A stretch of 64,000 nucleotides of DNA from NCBI RefSeq assembly GCF_022539665.2, contig NC_081331.1, positions 1,984,001 through 2,048,000 of the forward strand, read 5' to 3'. The position numbers and the translations under genes were made by a program. Source of the stretch: Daphnia carinata. Lineage: Eukaryota. Each line of letters opens with the position of its first letter. Within the stretch, counting starts at the first letter, position 1. The notes beneath the pieces are model-generated. The model ran no database searches and was not told where the DNA came from. It worked only from the letters and a program-made list of their open reading frames with translations. Below are positions 14,401 through 27,600 of the stretch, in pieces.

Positions 14401-17400
14401 AAAACGAAGCTAGTCATCGAATTCAAATTCTTTCGTGTTCCTTCCTTTGACAAAAGGGCAACGATTTTTCAATATCTGCCTTTCAATTCCAATTATTCAT
14501 CTTCTGCGTTGAACCGTTTCGTTTCAATCGAAACGCCCTATCGACAGCTGATTTAATATCTAAAACATATTTGCAGGAAAGCTACTCGGCAGATGGTCGA
14601 TGCCTGGCTGGTGTCACACTCGCTCCCAAGCGGAGGCGCTGGAGCCGCTTCCGGAGGATCTACCGAAACGGAATCAGGTTCTTCGACGAGTGGTCAGCAA
14701 CAACAGCCGGGAATCGGCAGCAGTGGCAAAACTAGTTCTGGAATGGCGACACCCGTCCGCAAGATCTCGGCTCACGAATTTGAGCGTGGCGGTCTGCTCC
14801 GACCGCTAATTAGCAACGTTGACGGCACGCTGACATTCATCAGCCCGTCGACCAGCGAAGAGACACACGCCCTCATCAACCACAGCATTAAACCTTTCCG
14901 GCGGAATCGTCACGAGCTCAAATCACTTGATGAGAAGGAGCTCATTTTCGAGCTCGTCAAAGATATATGTAACGATCTGGACGTACGCAGTCTCTGCCAC
15001 AAAATCCTGCAGGTAAAATAGAAATCAGAGAAGCTAGGAAACACCTGAGAAACGGTTATTACGTTTGCCACCATCGTTCGAGTGGGATATTTGAACCTAT
15101 GGTGTGGGTGTATCCCACCGATAGCAAATCATTCCCGGCTCCCTTTATGTTTTTAGTTTAAAAGACGCCGAAAGGTACACATTTTAACGATACGTTTAAC
15201 AAGCGTACGTGACAGTGTCTGTTCCTTGTTGATTTCTAACATGTTTTTGGCTTTAGAAACGTTTTTGTTTAGCAAGGGCTGCGCTTTTCAAGTTTAATGT
15301 AATAATCTAGTGTTGTGTCTTGTCTTTTCTGCTGACTCCTCTCCCGACGACGAGCAGAACGTGAGCATTCTGACGAAAGCCGATCGATGCTCCCTCTTCC
15401 TGGTGCAAGGCGAACGAGGATCCGACTCGCGCTGCCTCGTCTCGAAACTTTTCGACGTCTGTTCCCAATCCACTTTGAAGGAAATGGAGAAAAAGGAGGA
15501 AATTCGCATCCCGTGGGGATCCGGCATTGTGGGCTACGTAGCTCAAAGTGGCGAGCCAGTCAACATACCTGATGCATACAAAGTACGCCTTTTTGAAATT
15601 CCCCATTTTTTTTTACAAGCCTTTATTATACTGATTGTGTTTTCTTTTGGTGTCGCGAGTACGTTTTGATGGTGAATAATGCTTAACTCTTTTGATCTGA
15701 TGTTACCCAGGACGAACGTTTCAATCACGATGTGGACGTGATGACGGGCTACCATACGCGCTCCATGCTCTGTCTGCCGATCAAAGACTCGAATAACGAG
15801 GTCATTGGGGTCGCGCAAGTCATCAACAAACAGGGGGATTACGAAGCCACATTCACGGCGACCGATAGCCGGGTCTTTGCCGGTTATCTCCAGTTTTGCG
15901 GCATCGGTCTCAAAAATGCGCAGCTCTACGAGCGCAGCCAATTAGAAATTAAACGCAATCAGGTACGATGACGGCAATGATGATCACGATGCAATCGCCA
16001 GTGAGAGAGGGGGTTTTTTATGAGCTTCTATAAATCTTGGACGCTTTATCTTTTGTTTTCGGTGTGCGTGCGCGCAAGCCTCTAACGTGACAAGCCTCTA
16101 TTGCTTCACCTTATTTGGCCTAAATATTGTGCTAGAATCGTTGTAGATGTGCGTCATTGTTTCCATTGTTAAATGCCGTCGATCCAAAGTGCTTCAAGGG
16201 ACCTAACTGCTTGTAAATTTTCAAATTAACCTCAAACTATTTTGATAAGGGCGTGCGCCTGTTCTTAGGCCATAAACTTGTGTACGTTCGGTTTGCACGG
16301 CTCATCAAATTTTATAGCAAACCCTACAAGTGGATTTATGTGTGTTTAACTAAATTCTTTCTGTTTTTCTTTTCCATTGTCCTTGTGCAATGGCAGGTTT
16401 TATTGGATTTAGCCCGCATGATCTTTGAGGAGCAAAGTACGCTGGAGATCATGGTCTACCGCATCTTAACCCACACGCAATCACTAATACAGTGTCAGCG
16501 TTGCCAGGTAAATAGATCGATCGGGACCGGCCTTTTCGTCATGAAATGGTCTCGGCCCTCGATTTTAGCTTATCCTAATCTTGCCCTGTTCGATTTCCTC
16601 ATTATCATTTGCCTTTGTCCATTTAGGTATTACTAGTCCACGAGGCGTCGAAGGGAACCTTTTCCCGTGTATTCGATTTTGAAGCCAGCGATCTTAGCGG
16701 AGAGGACCAGGAGGGATCTGGAACTAGGTAATTGATATGTTTGACTGCCCAGCAACGTATTGGCTAGAAACTGCCTAACAGCGAACTCAGAAGTATCCAA
16801 TTTGTCAGCCCAAATCATGAACTTTTTCTCTTTTCAAAAGTTTCTTCGTTTCAAGTTTCTTTTTTTTTCTTTAATACTTTGTTCACTCGCATATAAGTTT
16901 AGTTTTTTTTTTCTTGTCTTTTTCCCGCATTATAATTGCCAACTTTTCTTTTCCTTCTACTCTTCTAGTCCAAACGAAAGTCGATTCCCGATTAACGTGG
17001 GCATCACCAGTTACGTCGCAACGACGGCAGAGGTACACCATTTAAAGAGAAAACGAATACTCGACGACCAAACTCGAGATTGAATGTTGATTGGCTATCA
17101 TTTTTTAAAAATCACCAGACAGTGAACATAATCGACGCTTACAAGGACACTCGATTCGATCCTTCGGTCGACGAAGGCACGGATTTCGTCCACAAAACGG
17201 TCCTCTGCATGCCCATCAAGAATTCCGACGGTTACACCATCGGAGTCATCCAGGTAAATTAAATGTTTAAAAAAAACGAACGCAATTGTTAGGAACGTAA
17301 TAAAACTTTTGTTACACAGTTAGTTAACAAATTCAACAACTTGCCGTTCACCAAAAACGATGAGAACTTTGTCGAAGCTTTCTCAATCTTTTGCGGCATG

Positions 17401-20167
17401 GGCATCAACAACACCAACATGTAATTTGCTTTGCTTCTCTTTTCTATTATTTCCCTTTTTTTCGTGTGTTTTTACGATTGTGTGGCGTGTCAGATTTTTA
17501 TCGCTGCGTTAACCGTTATGACTTAATTCATCAGGTACGAGAAAGCCATTGTGGCCATGGCCAAACAGCGCGTCACGCTGGAGGTGTTGAGTTACCACGC
17601 TACCGCGCCGGCCGAGGATGCCACCAAGTTAAAGGTAAAAAAGAAATCAAACTGACTAGACGACTGGTCCTTGGAACGTGTGCGCAATGAAATTTGTGCT
17701 CATTCTCCTAGCGCGCGCCATACTAACAGCTCAAACTTTGGATGAGCGCAAATACGACAAATGTCGTCTCTTCTCGGTTTGTTCGTGGCTATTTGTGGCC
17801 GTGAAAACGTGAACATTGTTCCCATCTAGTGTAAGATTCGTGAGAAAATCGGTATTCAAAAAAAGCCGTAAAAAAAGGCCAATTCTGTGTGCTATCACTC
17901 GTCAATTTCATGGTTTTCTCTTCGTCTGTACCACTGTGCAAGTCCTGTTCAAAACTTTAAACCCAGACGGCCATTATTGCCTTTTGTGGACGAGTCGTTT
18001 GGTGATCGAACGTTCTTAAAGTTATGTCGAGAGATAGACAAACGCGTTATATTGCTGACGGAGTTTCGTCTTTCGTTATTTTTTTGCGCCGACTCGTTTT
18101 GTGTCTGTGTCTGTGTGTACGTGCGCAGTTTCGTCTGATTGTTTTGATTGTCTCGCTATTGCAGAAAGCCATCGTCCCGTCGGCAAAAGCGTATCGACTG
18201 CACGACTACCGTTTCAACGACTTCAGTCTGGAGGATGAAGAGACTTTGAAGGTGCGTGTACGACTTCATTCCAACAACTCGAAAAGAAATCTTATCATAT
18301 CGATTGAGGTTTTTTTTTAATTTCTATATTTTCATGTGCTGACACTTCGCTTTTTCCTATAGGCCTGCCTTCGAATGTTTCTCGATTTGGACTTGATTGG
18401 GAGATTCCACATTGATTACGAAGTCCTCTGCCGCTGGCTCCTCAGCGTCAAAAAGAACTACCGCAACGTGACGTACCACAATTGGAGGCACGCCTTCAAC
18501 GTGGCCCAAATGATGTTTGCCATCGTGACGGTAGCATTTTGGTTTCCCTTTTTCGATTTTTATTGCGTTTCTACATGCAAGCGCGTGTTTCCTAACCTAT
18601 GGATTCGACCAAATGGCATGTTTTTATCATTGCAGGGCACGCAGTGGTGGAAAGTTCTAGGTGAAATCGAAGTTCTTTCGCTCATTATGGCTTGTCTGTG
18701 TCACGATCTTGATCACAGAGGAACCAATAATTCCTTCCAAGTCAAGTACGTATCTAGCAAATCGTTTTTTTTTTATTTCGCGAAAATTATTATTTTAATA
18801 TTTGACTCATTTTAGAGCCTCCTCACCGCTGGCGCAATTGTACACAACATCGACGATGGAGCGTCATCATTTCGACCAATGTCTCATGATTCTGAGCAGC
18901 CAAGTAATTCACTTGAGTCATTTATACGTGCACCTAATTTGCAATTTCAATTCTCGTTTGCCTTTCATCATTCAGGGTTGTCAAATATTGAGCAACGTCA
19001 CTTCTATCGAATACACGAAGATCATCAAAGTCCTCGAGGAAGCCATCCTATCCACCGACTTGGCTGTCTATTTCGGGTGCGTGCACATACATTATTACCT
19101 TCCGGTTACGTTCACGATCCCGACGCATGACGTCACCACCGACAGTTACTTGTCCAATGCTATTCTCATAGTCGTGTAATCCAACTGAAATTTTCGTTTA
19201 GAAACATACGAGTAGAAAGAGCCGAGGCCAAGCTCTATGCCATCTTTTGTGTTGACGTAACAGAAGCTGTGAAGTCGTATCTTGGCAACGTCGCCCGCCT
19301 TACTTTACATACAACAACAAAAACATTGTGGAAAAAGATTTTCACGCAGCAACAGCCTTTCCGATTGCGCCCATTTAAATGAAATCGTCCTTCCTTTACC
19401 CAGCCATTCGGCGGGGAGATGATATCAGTCCTTTTTCAATCCCGAACTGCCTATAAACGTGAAATAACGACGAACAATCAACAGCTTTTAAAACTTGTTC
19501 TTTATCTTTACAGGAAACGTGGAGCTTTCTTTCAACTGGTTTCATCCCGGTCGTACGATTGGTGGCAGGACAGTCATCGGGAGCTGTTACGCGGCATGAT
19601 GATGACTGCTTGCGACGTCGCCGCCATCACCAAACCGTGGGAGGTGCAGTGGAAGGTGGCCGATTTGGTAGCCAACGAATTCTTTGAACAGGGAGACATT
19701 GAGCGCCGGGAGCTCAACATTACGCCGATTGTAAGAAAATTTTGCTCGTCATTACATTCTTATTTTAGCTAATTGTGTGATTGTTTCATTCTTAGGATAT
19801 GATGAATCGTGAAAAGAAAGATCAACTACCCGCTATGCAAGTCGGATTTATCGATTCTATTTGCCTACCAGTCTACGACGTAAGCCGCTTTTTCCAGTTG
19901 ACATAATTTGCGCTTCATTTTGACTCATTTTGTTATCCGTACTCATTATTTCAGGCGTTTTCCGCGGTGGATGAGAAGCTAACTCCTTTACTGGATGGAG
20001 TCCATTCGAATCGAAAGAACTGGCAGTCGCTGGCCGATTCCTATAACAAGCGACTACAGGATCAGAAGGAAGCGATGCAAGAGCAAAAAAGGAAACTGGA
20101 GCATCAACAATCAGCGGCGCAACAGACACAGCAACGTAATGGCCAAATTAGCCCTGTGGAAGCTTGA
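1380..20167 (+). CDS. Pde11: Dual cAMP/cGMP phosphodiesterase 11 (two GAF domains plus class I PDE catalytic domain), 19 exons
   Basis: Hand-spliced GT-AG exons: 1380(or 1308)-1416, 12199-12598, 14577-15012, 15358-15582, 15711-15962, 16397-16507, 16627-16727, 16969-17032, 17119-17253, 17320-17420, 17535-17634, 18165-18251, 18363-18530, 18636-18745, 18816-18903, 18976-19076, 19514-19730, 19796-19879, 19955-20167. Motifs: [48 protein letters not shown]...[34 protein letters not shown]. Exon 1 (MGQTMCYF) is less certain but phase-compatible. Confidence 0.92.
2620..2639. repeat. (CA)n microsatellite in Pde11 intron 1
   Basis: Run of acacacacacacacacacac. Confidence 0.9.
3632..3671. repeat. (TG)n microsatellite, interrupted, in Pde11 intron 1
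   Basis: tgtgtgtgtgtgtgtgtgtgtgtgtttgtgtgtgtgtgtg; a shorter (TG)n lies at ~4123-4139. Confidence 0.9.
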
Positions 20168-21612
20168 TGGGAAACAAATTAACCAAGAAAAATGACTTGC
20201 TGCCAAACAAAAAACAAAACAAAAAAATTCAAAAAAAAAAAAGAAGAGAAAAGGTTTTTTTGCCTGCCCCTTATGACTTGTAAAAAAAAAAAAAAAGAAT
20301 TACTTACAAACCAATCGATCATCACTGGCACAACGGGTATTGGAGACTAATATAGCGTCTCGTACTCGCCGAGTCAAATGTACATACGTACTGTATCTCT
20401 ATTACCAGCTGGCACAATGATACTTCTTCGTCGACATCTAGGCGGAAGTGACGGACCGTTCCGTTGTTTTTGTTTTGCTTTCCTGTCCCTCCCCCTTAAT
20501 GGGACAAGGACTCGATGGTTTATGGTACTATGGGGCAAACAGAAATATATAAAGTTTACATATATATATATTGAATTTAAAAAAACAAAAAAAAACAAAA
20601 CAAATTGAAATAAGCAAATCGGGTTTTACCCGACTTGGATACTTATGACGGGCGGAAAAGAAAGGCCAACATGTTGCTACCCATTCCCGTACCCTATACT
20701 TTATTTTCATTTGTTCGTTGCGCATTCGTATTTCCTATTGCAATGCATGTGTTATATTTGAAAGAATCCCCCTCACACAATACAGGAAACAAAACGTGAA
20801 GGTCTACACATATGTTCCGTTTGAAAGTAAAATGACAAGTTCTTGTGTGTTACGTCTCATATGCTGCACATCACCAACCACTTCGTTTTTTTTAAAATTT
20901 TTATTTCTCCTACGTCTTTTATGTTAATCTTTTTTTCTCCGTTCCCCTTCTCGTATTTATGAATCAGCACAAACGTGTCAGCATATGGGTGTCAGATTTG
21001 TTCTCACGACATTTTTCCATTCTTCGTGCCCCGCACTCGGAAAAACGGCAAAAACAAAAGAATGCCTAGCAATTCGCGCATATTGTCGCCCCTTCCCACC
21101 CATCCGGTCTCCCTAATTGATGGTTTGTTACATACCGATGAAGGAAATGCCAAGTACAAGTTTTTAAAATCCCAAAATGAGCGAAAATGAAACGATTTAT
21201 TTTGTCCAGCCAGGATTCGCTCGATACAACGGCTGAATTGGTGCAACGTTTTGCCTGCAGAGCTACAGGATTGCCGGTACAAGTTCTCAAACAGATCGCG
21301 AAAATGGGAAATGTAAAGAAGTAAAACGACCAACGAACCGATTCGTGTAAAATAAAGTAGAGGAGAATTTGCACCAGAAAAACAGATTGCGATTGTCAGC
21401 GAAAAATAAAAAGAGAATCATGGACGCTTTAGATTACGATTGAAAAATATGTATATAGAAAGAAGATGGCGAAACATTATTTCTTTATGTCGATAATATT
21501 GAAAAACATAGAGGAGAATATAAACACCAACAGCGCTTGTCCATATTTCCTTTTTCATTTCTTTGGGGTGTGCATTTAAAAAAAAAACGTTGGACAGCGA
21601 CTGTTTTGGAGA

Positions 21613-24600
21613 TCAATTGAGATCAGGTAATGGATGCCACAGTTGAATATGTTCCCTCGGCCGAGCAAACATTTCGTTCCTGGAATATAAAGACAACAAA
21701 GAAAATTAGTTTGCGGAATTTTTACGGAACACCATTTGACCCACTTGTTTACTAGCAAACGTTGTTCTCTGGTGTAACATTTAATTCATTCATTCAAAAA
21801 GATAATTCACGGACATCTGGGGGCAATCTTCTTTTCAGAACTTGAACCCGTCTACGCCCCAAAATTTTTAACAGAACTTAGTCAAACGGGTTTCAGCTCA
21901 ACAACTTCGAATTCGAATAACTAAAAAACTATAAATTTCACAGAAAAATAATCAAAATTTTTGTGATTTTCGTTCCATTTCGAAGCAAAGTCGTGTATTT
22001 TTATAGCTATATCTGGATGTTTCGAAAAAAATTGAAATGTTCGAAAAAGTCGGGCTTATTTTGTCGGGCTTAATTCTGAGTATGACGAAAATTCAGTCTT
22101 GTAATTTTGGCATTCAATTTAATTTAAATTAATCGAAATAAAACGCTGATTTCAGGAAAAGTATTTGTTTTGTCGTCAAACCAGCTGTTTTTGAAATAAA
22201 TGGAATTCACGCGCATCTGGCGCGCCAGCATTTATCACCCATTTTTTTCCATTTATTGAAAAACTTTAAGCCCAACGTAAAAATAAACTTTATTTTTGTG
22301 ATTCTCGTTCAATTTTGAATCGGAATCGTGTATTTTAAATCAAATCTAAATTTTGGCCAAAAATGAAAAAGTGAGAAGGCTATAGCCTTCCCACTTTTGA
22401 CAAAATCCGCAAAAAATAAAAACTCCTAGAATGCGATAAAAATCACGCAGAACATTCAAAATTAAACGCTGATTTTGATAAAGGGGTTGGTTTTCTCGTC
22501 AAACCAACTGTTTTTTAAATAAACGGAAACAAAATGCTGGTAGCGCACATATTTGGGTTTGTTGTTTTTTACAATTTATTCAATAACTATAAGCCCTGTT
22601 GGAAAACAAACGACATATTTGTGCTTTTCGTTTAATTCCGAATCAAACTAATGTATTTACAGCTTTTTCTATAAAAAAATCTTATCTAAAAATAAGCCCG
22701 AAAAAGTCGGGCTTTTTTTTCGGGCTTAATTTTAGGTATGGCAGAAATTCAGTTTTGGAATTTGAACTTAAAATTTGATGTAACTTAACCTAAAATGAAA
22801 CGCTGATGCCAGGAAAAATATTTGTTCTTTCGTCAACCTGGCCGTTTTTGTAATAAATGGAATTAACGCGCTGCTGGCGCGCCAGCACTTATCACCCGTT
22901 TTTTCCGTTTATTCAAAAAGCTATGAGGCCAATGTAAAAATAGACTTCATTTTTGTGATTCTCGTTCAATTTTGAATCGGAATCATGTATTTAAAATGAA
23001 ATCTAAATTTTGGCCAAAAATGAAAAAGTGAGAAGGCTATAGCCTTCCCACTTTTGCCAAAATCCGCAAAAACGGACATCCCATAGAATTCAATGAAAAT
23101 CACGCTCTGTACTCAAAATTGCATGCTGATTTAAGATATCACATTAGTTTTCTCCTTAGTCGTATAGTTATTAAAAGAATGCAATCAAAGTGATTTCTAG
23201 CGCAACCACGTTAAATTCAAATAATTAAAAAACTACATAAGTCCAACGTAAAAAACAATCTTTATGGCCGTGATTCTCATTAAATTTTGCATCTTAGTCA
23301 TGTATTTTTTAAAGTAATATCTAGGTTTTGGAGAAGAATGAAAAAACCGGAAAAGTCGGGCTTATTTTGTTGGGCTTTTTTTGTCGGGCTTATGTTTCAT
23401 GCCCGATTTTTCTGTAAAAAAACTCGTGCTTGAAATTTTTACTTGAAATTGAATGCAATTCTACATTTTTATAACTCAAATAAATCGTCCATAACGAATG
23501 TAATATTAGTTTTCCTCTTTATGTGTAATTTTATAATAAAACGAGTCAAAAGGCTTGAATACCAGGTGCCTTATAAGGCACATAGTTGTTACTTATTTAT
23601 TATTATGTATTAGCAATAACGACTTTGAAGGTAAATTTTTACTATATGATTTTGCATAATCTTCATAAAGTAACCCAGATAAATGGTAAACCAGAACACA
23701 AAGGTCGTCTATAAAATAAAGGTGGGTCAAACGGCGTCCCCTAGATTTCAACGTATAATTTAAAAATAAATTGCTCACCAATGGGCCATTCCTCGGCCAC
23801 GGGCGAACATGAAAGATCCGAGTACCAAACGTCCTAGAATACGATCTGAAACATGCGGAAAATCGCCAGGAATGTCATGGTTATTATTACCTATTGTTCA
23901 AACCATTCGATTAACCGGTTCACTGAATTTACCTTTGTTATCCGGTTGGTGGATAGCCAAAACTATGTTGGTTGTGTCGACGTTAGTGGCCTCCAGTCGG
24001 AAATGGAAGCTTTCGTTATAACAAGGATCTGACGACCTTTTTTTCGTTTAAAATAAAAAATGTTGTGATTTTTAAAAATTCCTCGTGGTCACTGGATTTC
24101 AAATAGAAATACCGTCGAATAATTCCCGTCCGCTTTGTTTTGACGGCTCGCGTTTGATTAAATAGAGTCAGCCGGACGTAACTGTCAGGTACCGCTGTGT
24201 TAGGAGCCTACAGAAAACAAAAATGTCAGCCAAGAGTTAAAAAACCAAACAAACACACAACCAACATTTTTGAAAAAAAGAAAAGCTTCGCTTTTATTCT
24301 ATTTACCCGGATGTTTCTGGCCTGCAAAACAGTGACGGTAAAGCGGTCAGCAGACGGATGATAACAAAGTGAGATGTGCATTTCGCCCGGTGATCCAACG
24401 GACGATGGATCTTTACTGATGTCTTGCGTTATTATTTGCTGTCAAAAGAAAAAAAAAGGAAAAAATCTAATCAGATAACCTCTGAGGCAGCTTCTACAAA
24501 AGAAATATGACAATCTTATACCCCTCCTTCCTCTCTTCTCAGTTGAAAAGGTCATGTGTTGGATCGATCAATCGATTATAGGACACCATAGCTCGTACTG

Positions 24601-27600
24601 TCTTCTACTTAATGAACGCCCCTTCTAACTACTACCCAGCAAATGAATAACACACGTAACGATCGCTGTCTGCAATAGAAAACGCCCTGACTCTGTACAC
24701 GGACTGCTTCCAAATTCCAGGTTGGACGCGAACACTACTCCTATTGGATGATTGGCTGAATGTCAAAAGGGCCTATAACGTGAACGGTCTGTTAATGTTT
24801 GCATACGTTCAAACATATCAAAAGGCATTGTTGAATACAGGCTCACTATTGACTTGAAGCCCCTGTAGGCGCAACGTAGAAGTGCTAGTTAAGACGTTTG
24901 AACTCGTGTAAAAATAAATAAATCTTCCTTAAAGCACAGGGGCCGTTTACCTTAACATGAACGATATTTGCGTCCCGTTTGTGTGCGCTTGATTTCTATT
25001 CGCCATTGGCAGCAAGATTCGATCGGTCGGGGGTACTTGGCAACTTTCTAGCCTCTTTTTCGCATCAGCGAGACGGTGTCCCGTCTTTACTCGGTGATCT
25101 GTTCCTAACAGTCGGCAACCCGGCAACGATAAAGGTTGTGTTCAACCCTAAATAACGTCTTTTTTTTTTAAACGTTGCTCTTGAAAAGATAAGGGAAAAA
25201 ACTTCGAAACCTTTATCATATCACGCGACCACCGTTTACTTATGCCTCTAGATCTGACATCTCTTCGACGATCGCATCCTCCCCGGAGTATTTCTTTCTA
25301 GTTGTCATACGTTTCCATCCCCCAGAAAAAAAAAATGGAAAAAAGGCGATCCTTTTTGCGTATTTATAGAACAGGAGAAGCAAGAAAAGGATCACGTCTT
25401 ATTGCCAACAAATCTTATTTACTACGCCGTTGTACAAACGAATGCAAATTATTAGTGCGGAACAGAGATTTTACCCTCGATAGGCAACACATAGCCCGAA
25501 GATTATGAGGGGCTTGTTTGGGCTCTATCGTTATGGATCACGTTCCATTTTCAAACACTTGCTAATTGATGCGAGAAAGCCAAATAAGGAAAATTCTTAA
25601 AAGGTACCAACGTCCTCAGAGAATCTAGAACCCTTTCAACACAAAAGGGGAGTGAGACTGATTGAACCACTGCCTGTTATTCGATTACAGGGTACACGGA
25701 ATAAAATGTCACTATTATCTAGCGACATGGTTTTGTGGAAAACTAGACAAATGGCGCAAAAGTGACAGCACAGTGTTTTATATCGATACGAATAGCTTAA
25801 AGAAATTCTTGTACCGATAAAGTTAGGTAAAAAAAAAAATAGAAGTTTGTGCTCTTGGCTAATGAAAACGAAAAGTGACAACTACGTTGTACACTCTAAG
25901 CTTGTAAATCCTGATGCTTGTACGAAAGCGAAGAAAAATAGCCGTTAAGACCATCAATCCAACCATACCATTGCCGGCATGGCCAAAAGTTTGCCCCAGT
26001 CCTGTGCGTGAGGTTCGTTGCTCTTTTTCTTTTACTTTTTATCGACAACGGTACACGTAAACTTGCCTGCCTTTTCTTTTACTCATGTGTGGCTCAATAT
26101 TGTCGGTTCCTCAAAGCGAAATGTTGGTATTGTTGGATTGGGCAGAAAAGTAAACGACGTGTTTTTTGCCGTTTCGGGTTGTTTTATGTATCCCAAACGG
26201 TAAGGCTGTGTTAGTAATTCTTGTCGTCTTTATGACGCGCTTGGTTACCAAATTTATAGTCCTAGCAACGCAATAAAATTTTAGCCATTCTTTATTATTA
26301 GATCTTTAAGCTTTTTCCCCTGGCGAAACTAAAGAAGATTCCGTTTTCCTATCCAATCCGGCTTCTCTTAGCATTGCCCTGTCCAAAAATTTGGACGTTA
26401 TGTTGCGGCCCTATGCTGTCAAATTGCAACTAAAACCAATTGGTAAAAGAAAAGAAAGAAAAGAATTAAGAAATAAAGAGAGTGCTAGGTATCCATAGAG
26501 ACTGTAGGTGAGTCTTCCGCTACAAGCGTTATGTCGAAGATGAAAGACAAACTAAGAAGGGCAAAAAATAAATCAACAGACGAGTAAAAGGGAAGGACGT
26601 TTGCAGCTAAAGAGGGCAAGTTAATTACGAAACTTGGTCCAACGGAATCACGAGGCCTTCTGCCCTTTTTGTTTCCAATCCAATCACAGTGCAATTCCAT
26701 CTCCACCCGTTACTGCGTTGGATTCATCGAATCGGAATCAAACGGAAGCGACAGAAAACTAAATATCCAAGCAATGCTACTTCTTCCTGTTCTATTTATA
26801 GCGACTTCAGGAGGGAGGTCGTCTCGCTGTGAGAAATATAAAAACACGAAGGTGCATCTGTAGTTTTGTGAATACTATTAGAATGTCAAATTTCTAGATA
26901 TCGTTCGGAAAACATCTGGTAACGATGGAGACTATACCAAAAAAGAACGCTACACGGCAACAACCAATAGATAACGAAGGCAAGGGACGTTGTTAATCCG
27001 TATATATACATACGTATATGTATATCTACGTCGTATCGTTGGTACGTTTCAATTTGTTTGGTAAATACCTGTTTGCCATCTTCGATCGAGATGTTTTTCA
27101 ACGAGCAGAGCAAGTGTCCGATGACCTGCCTCTTGCGAAGTCGCCCGTTGTCGATCACAGTGAATTTGACAGTCTGATCCTGTAGCTCTTTATGGGAAAC
27201 CTTTTGGAAAGTTGAACAATTCGATAAGATACTTGTGACACATCACAGGAATTTATAGGTACAAAAAGGATGCAGGGAATTATGATTTAACTATGAACCA
27301 TGCATTTTGTTTGTTTTCATGCGCATCCAAGGTTCATGTTGCTTATTGGCTATAATGATTACGGTTTGTTATGGTTAAAGTTTAGAGTGCGAGCCAACTT
27401 ACGCAGAAACCAAATACTTCGTTAAAAACTGGGTTGCATGTCTTTCGCTGAATACTCGACTGGTGATATCGCCGTTCGCCAGGCAGTAACGCCACTCTGT
27501 GAAAATTGGAAAGCAAACATGACAAATGCATCACGCATGTGAATTATCCGAAATCAATAACAGAGCCTGCCCCTTCTAAAACACTTACGTCAGTGAGTGT

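Noticed and set aside
21900..23410. Palindromic repeats separated by other sequence, superficially CRISPR-like
   Set aside because: The period is ~330/658 bp, the intervening sequence is itself repeated, the context is a eukaryotic intron, and there are no cas genes.
23593..23781. ORF as the terminal exon of the synaptotagmin gene
   Set aside because: It runs through the element's TIR and has no C2 similarity. The conserved ending WNEM...WHPL is at 21613-21679.
21647..23812. Apparent outward extension of the inverted repeat (ATGTTC...GGCCGAG)
   Set aside because: Both segments lie in synaptotagmin exons encoding MFAR, so the match is coincidental.
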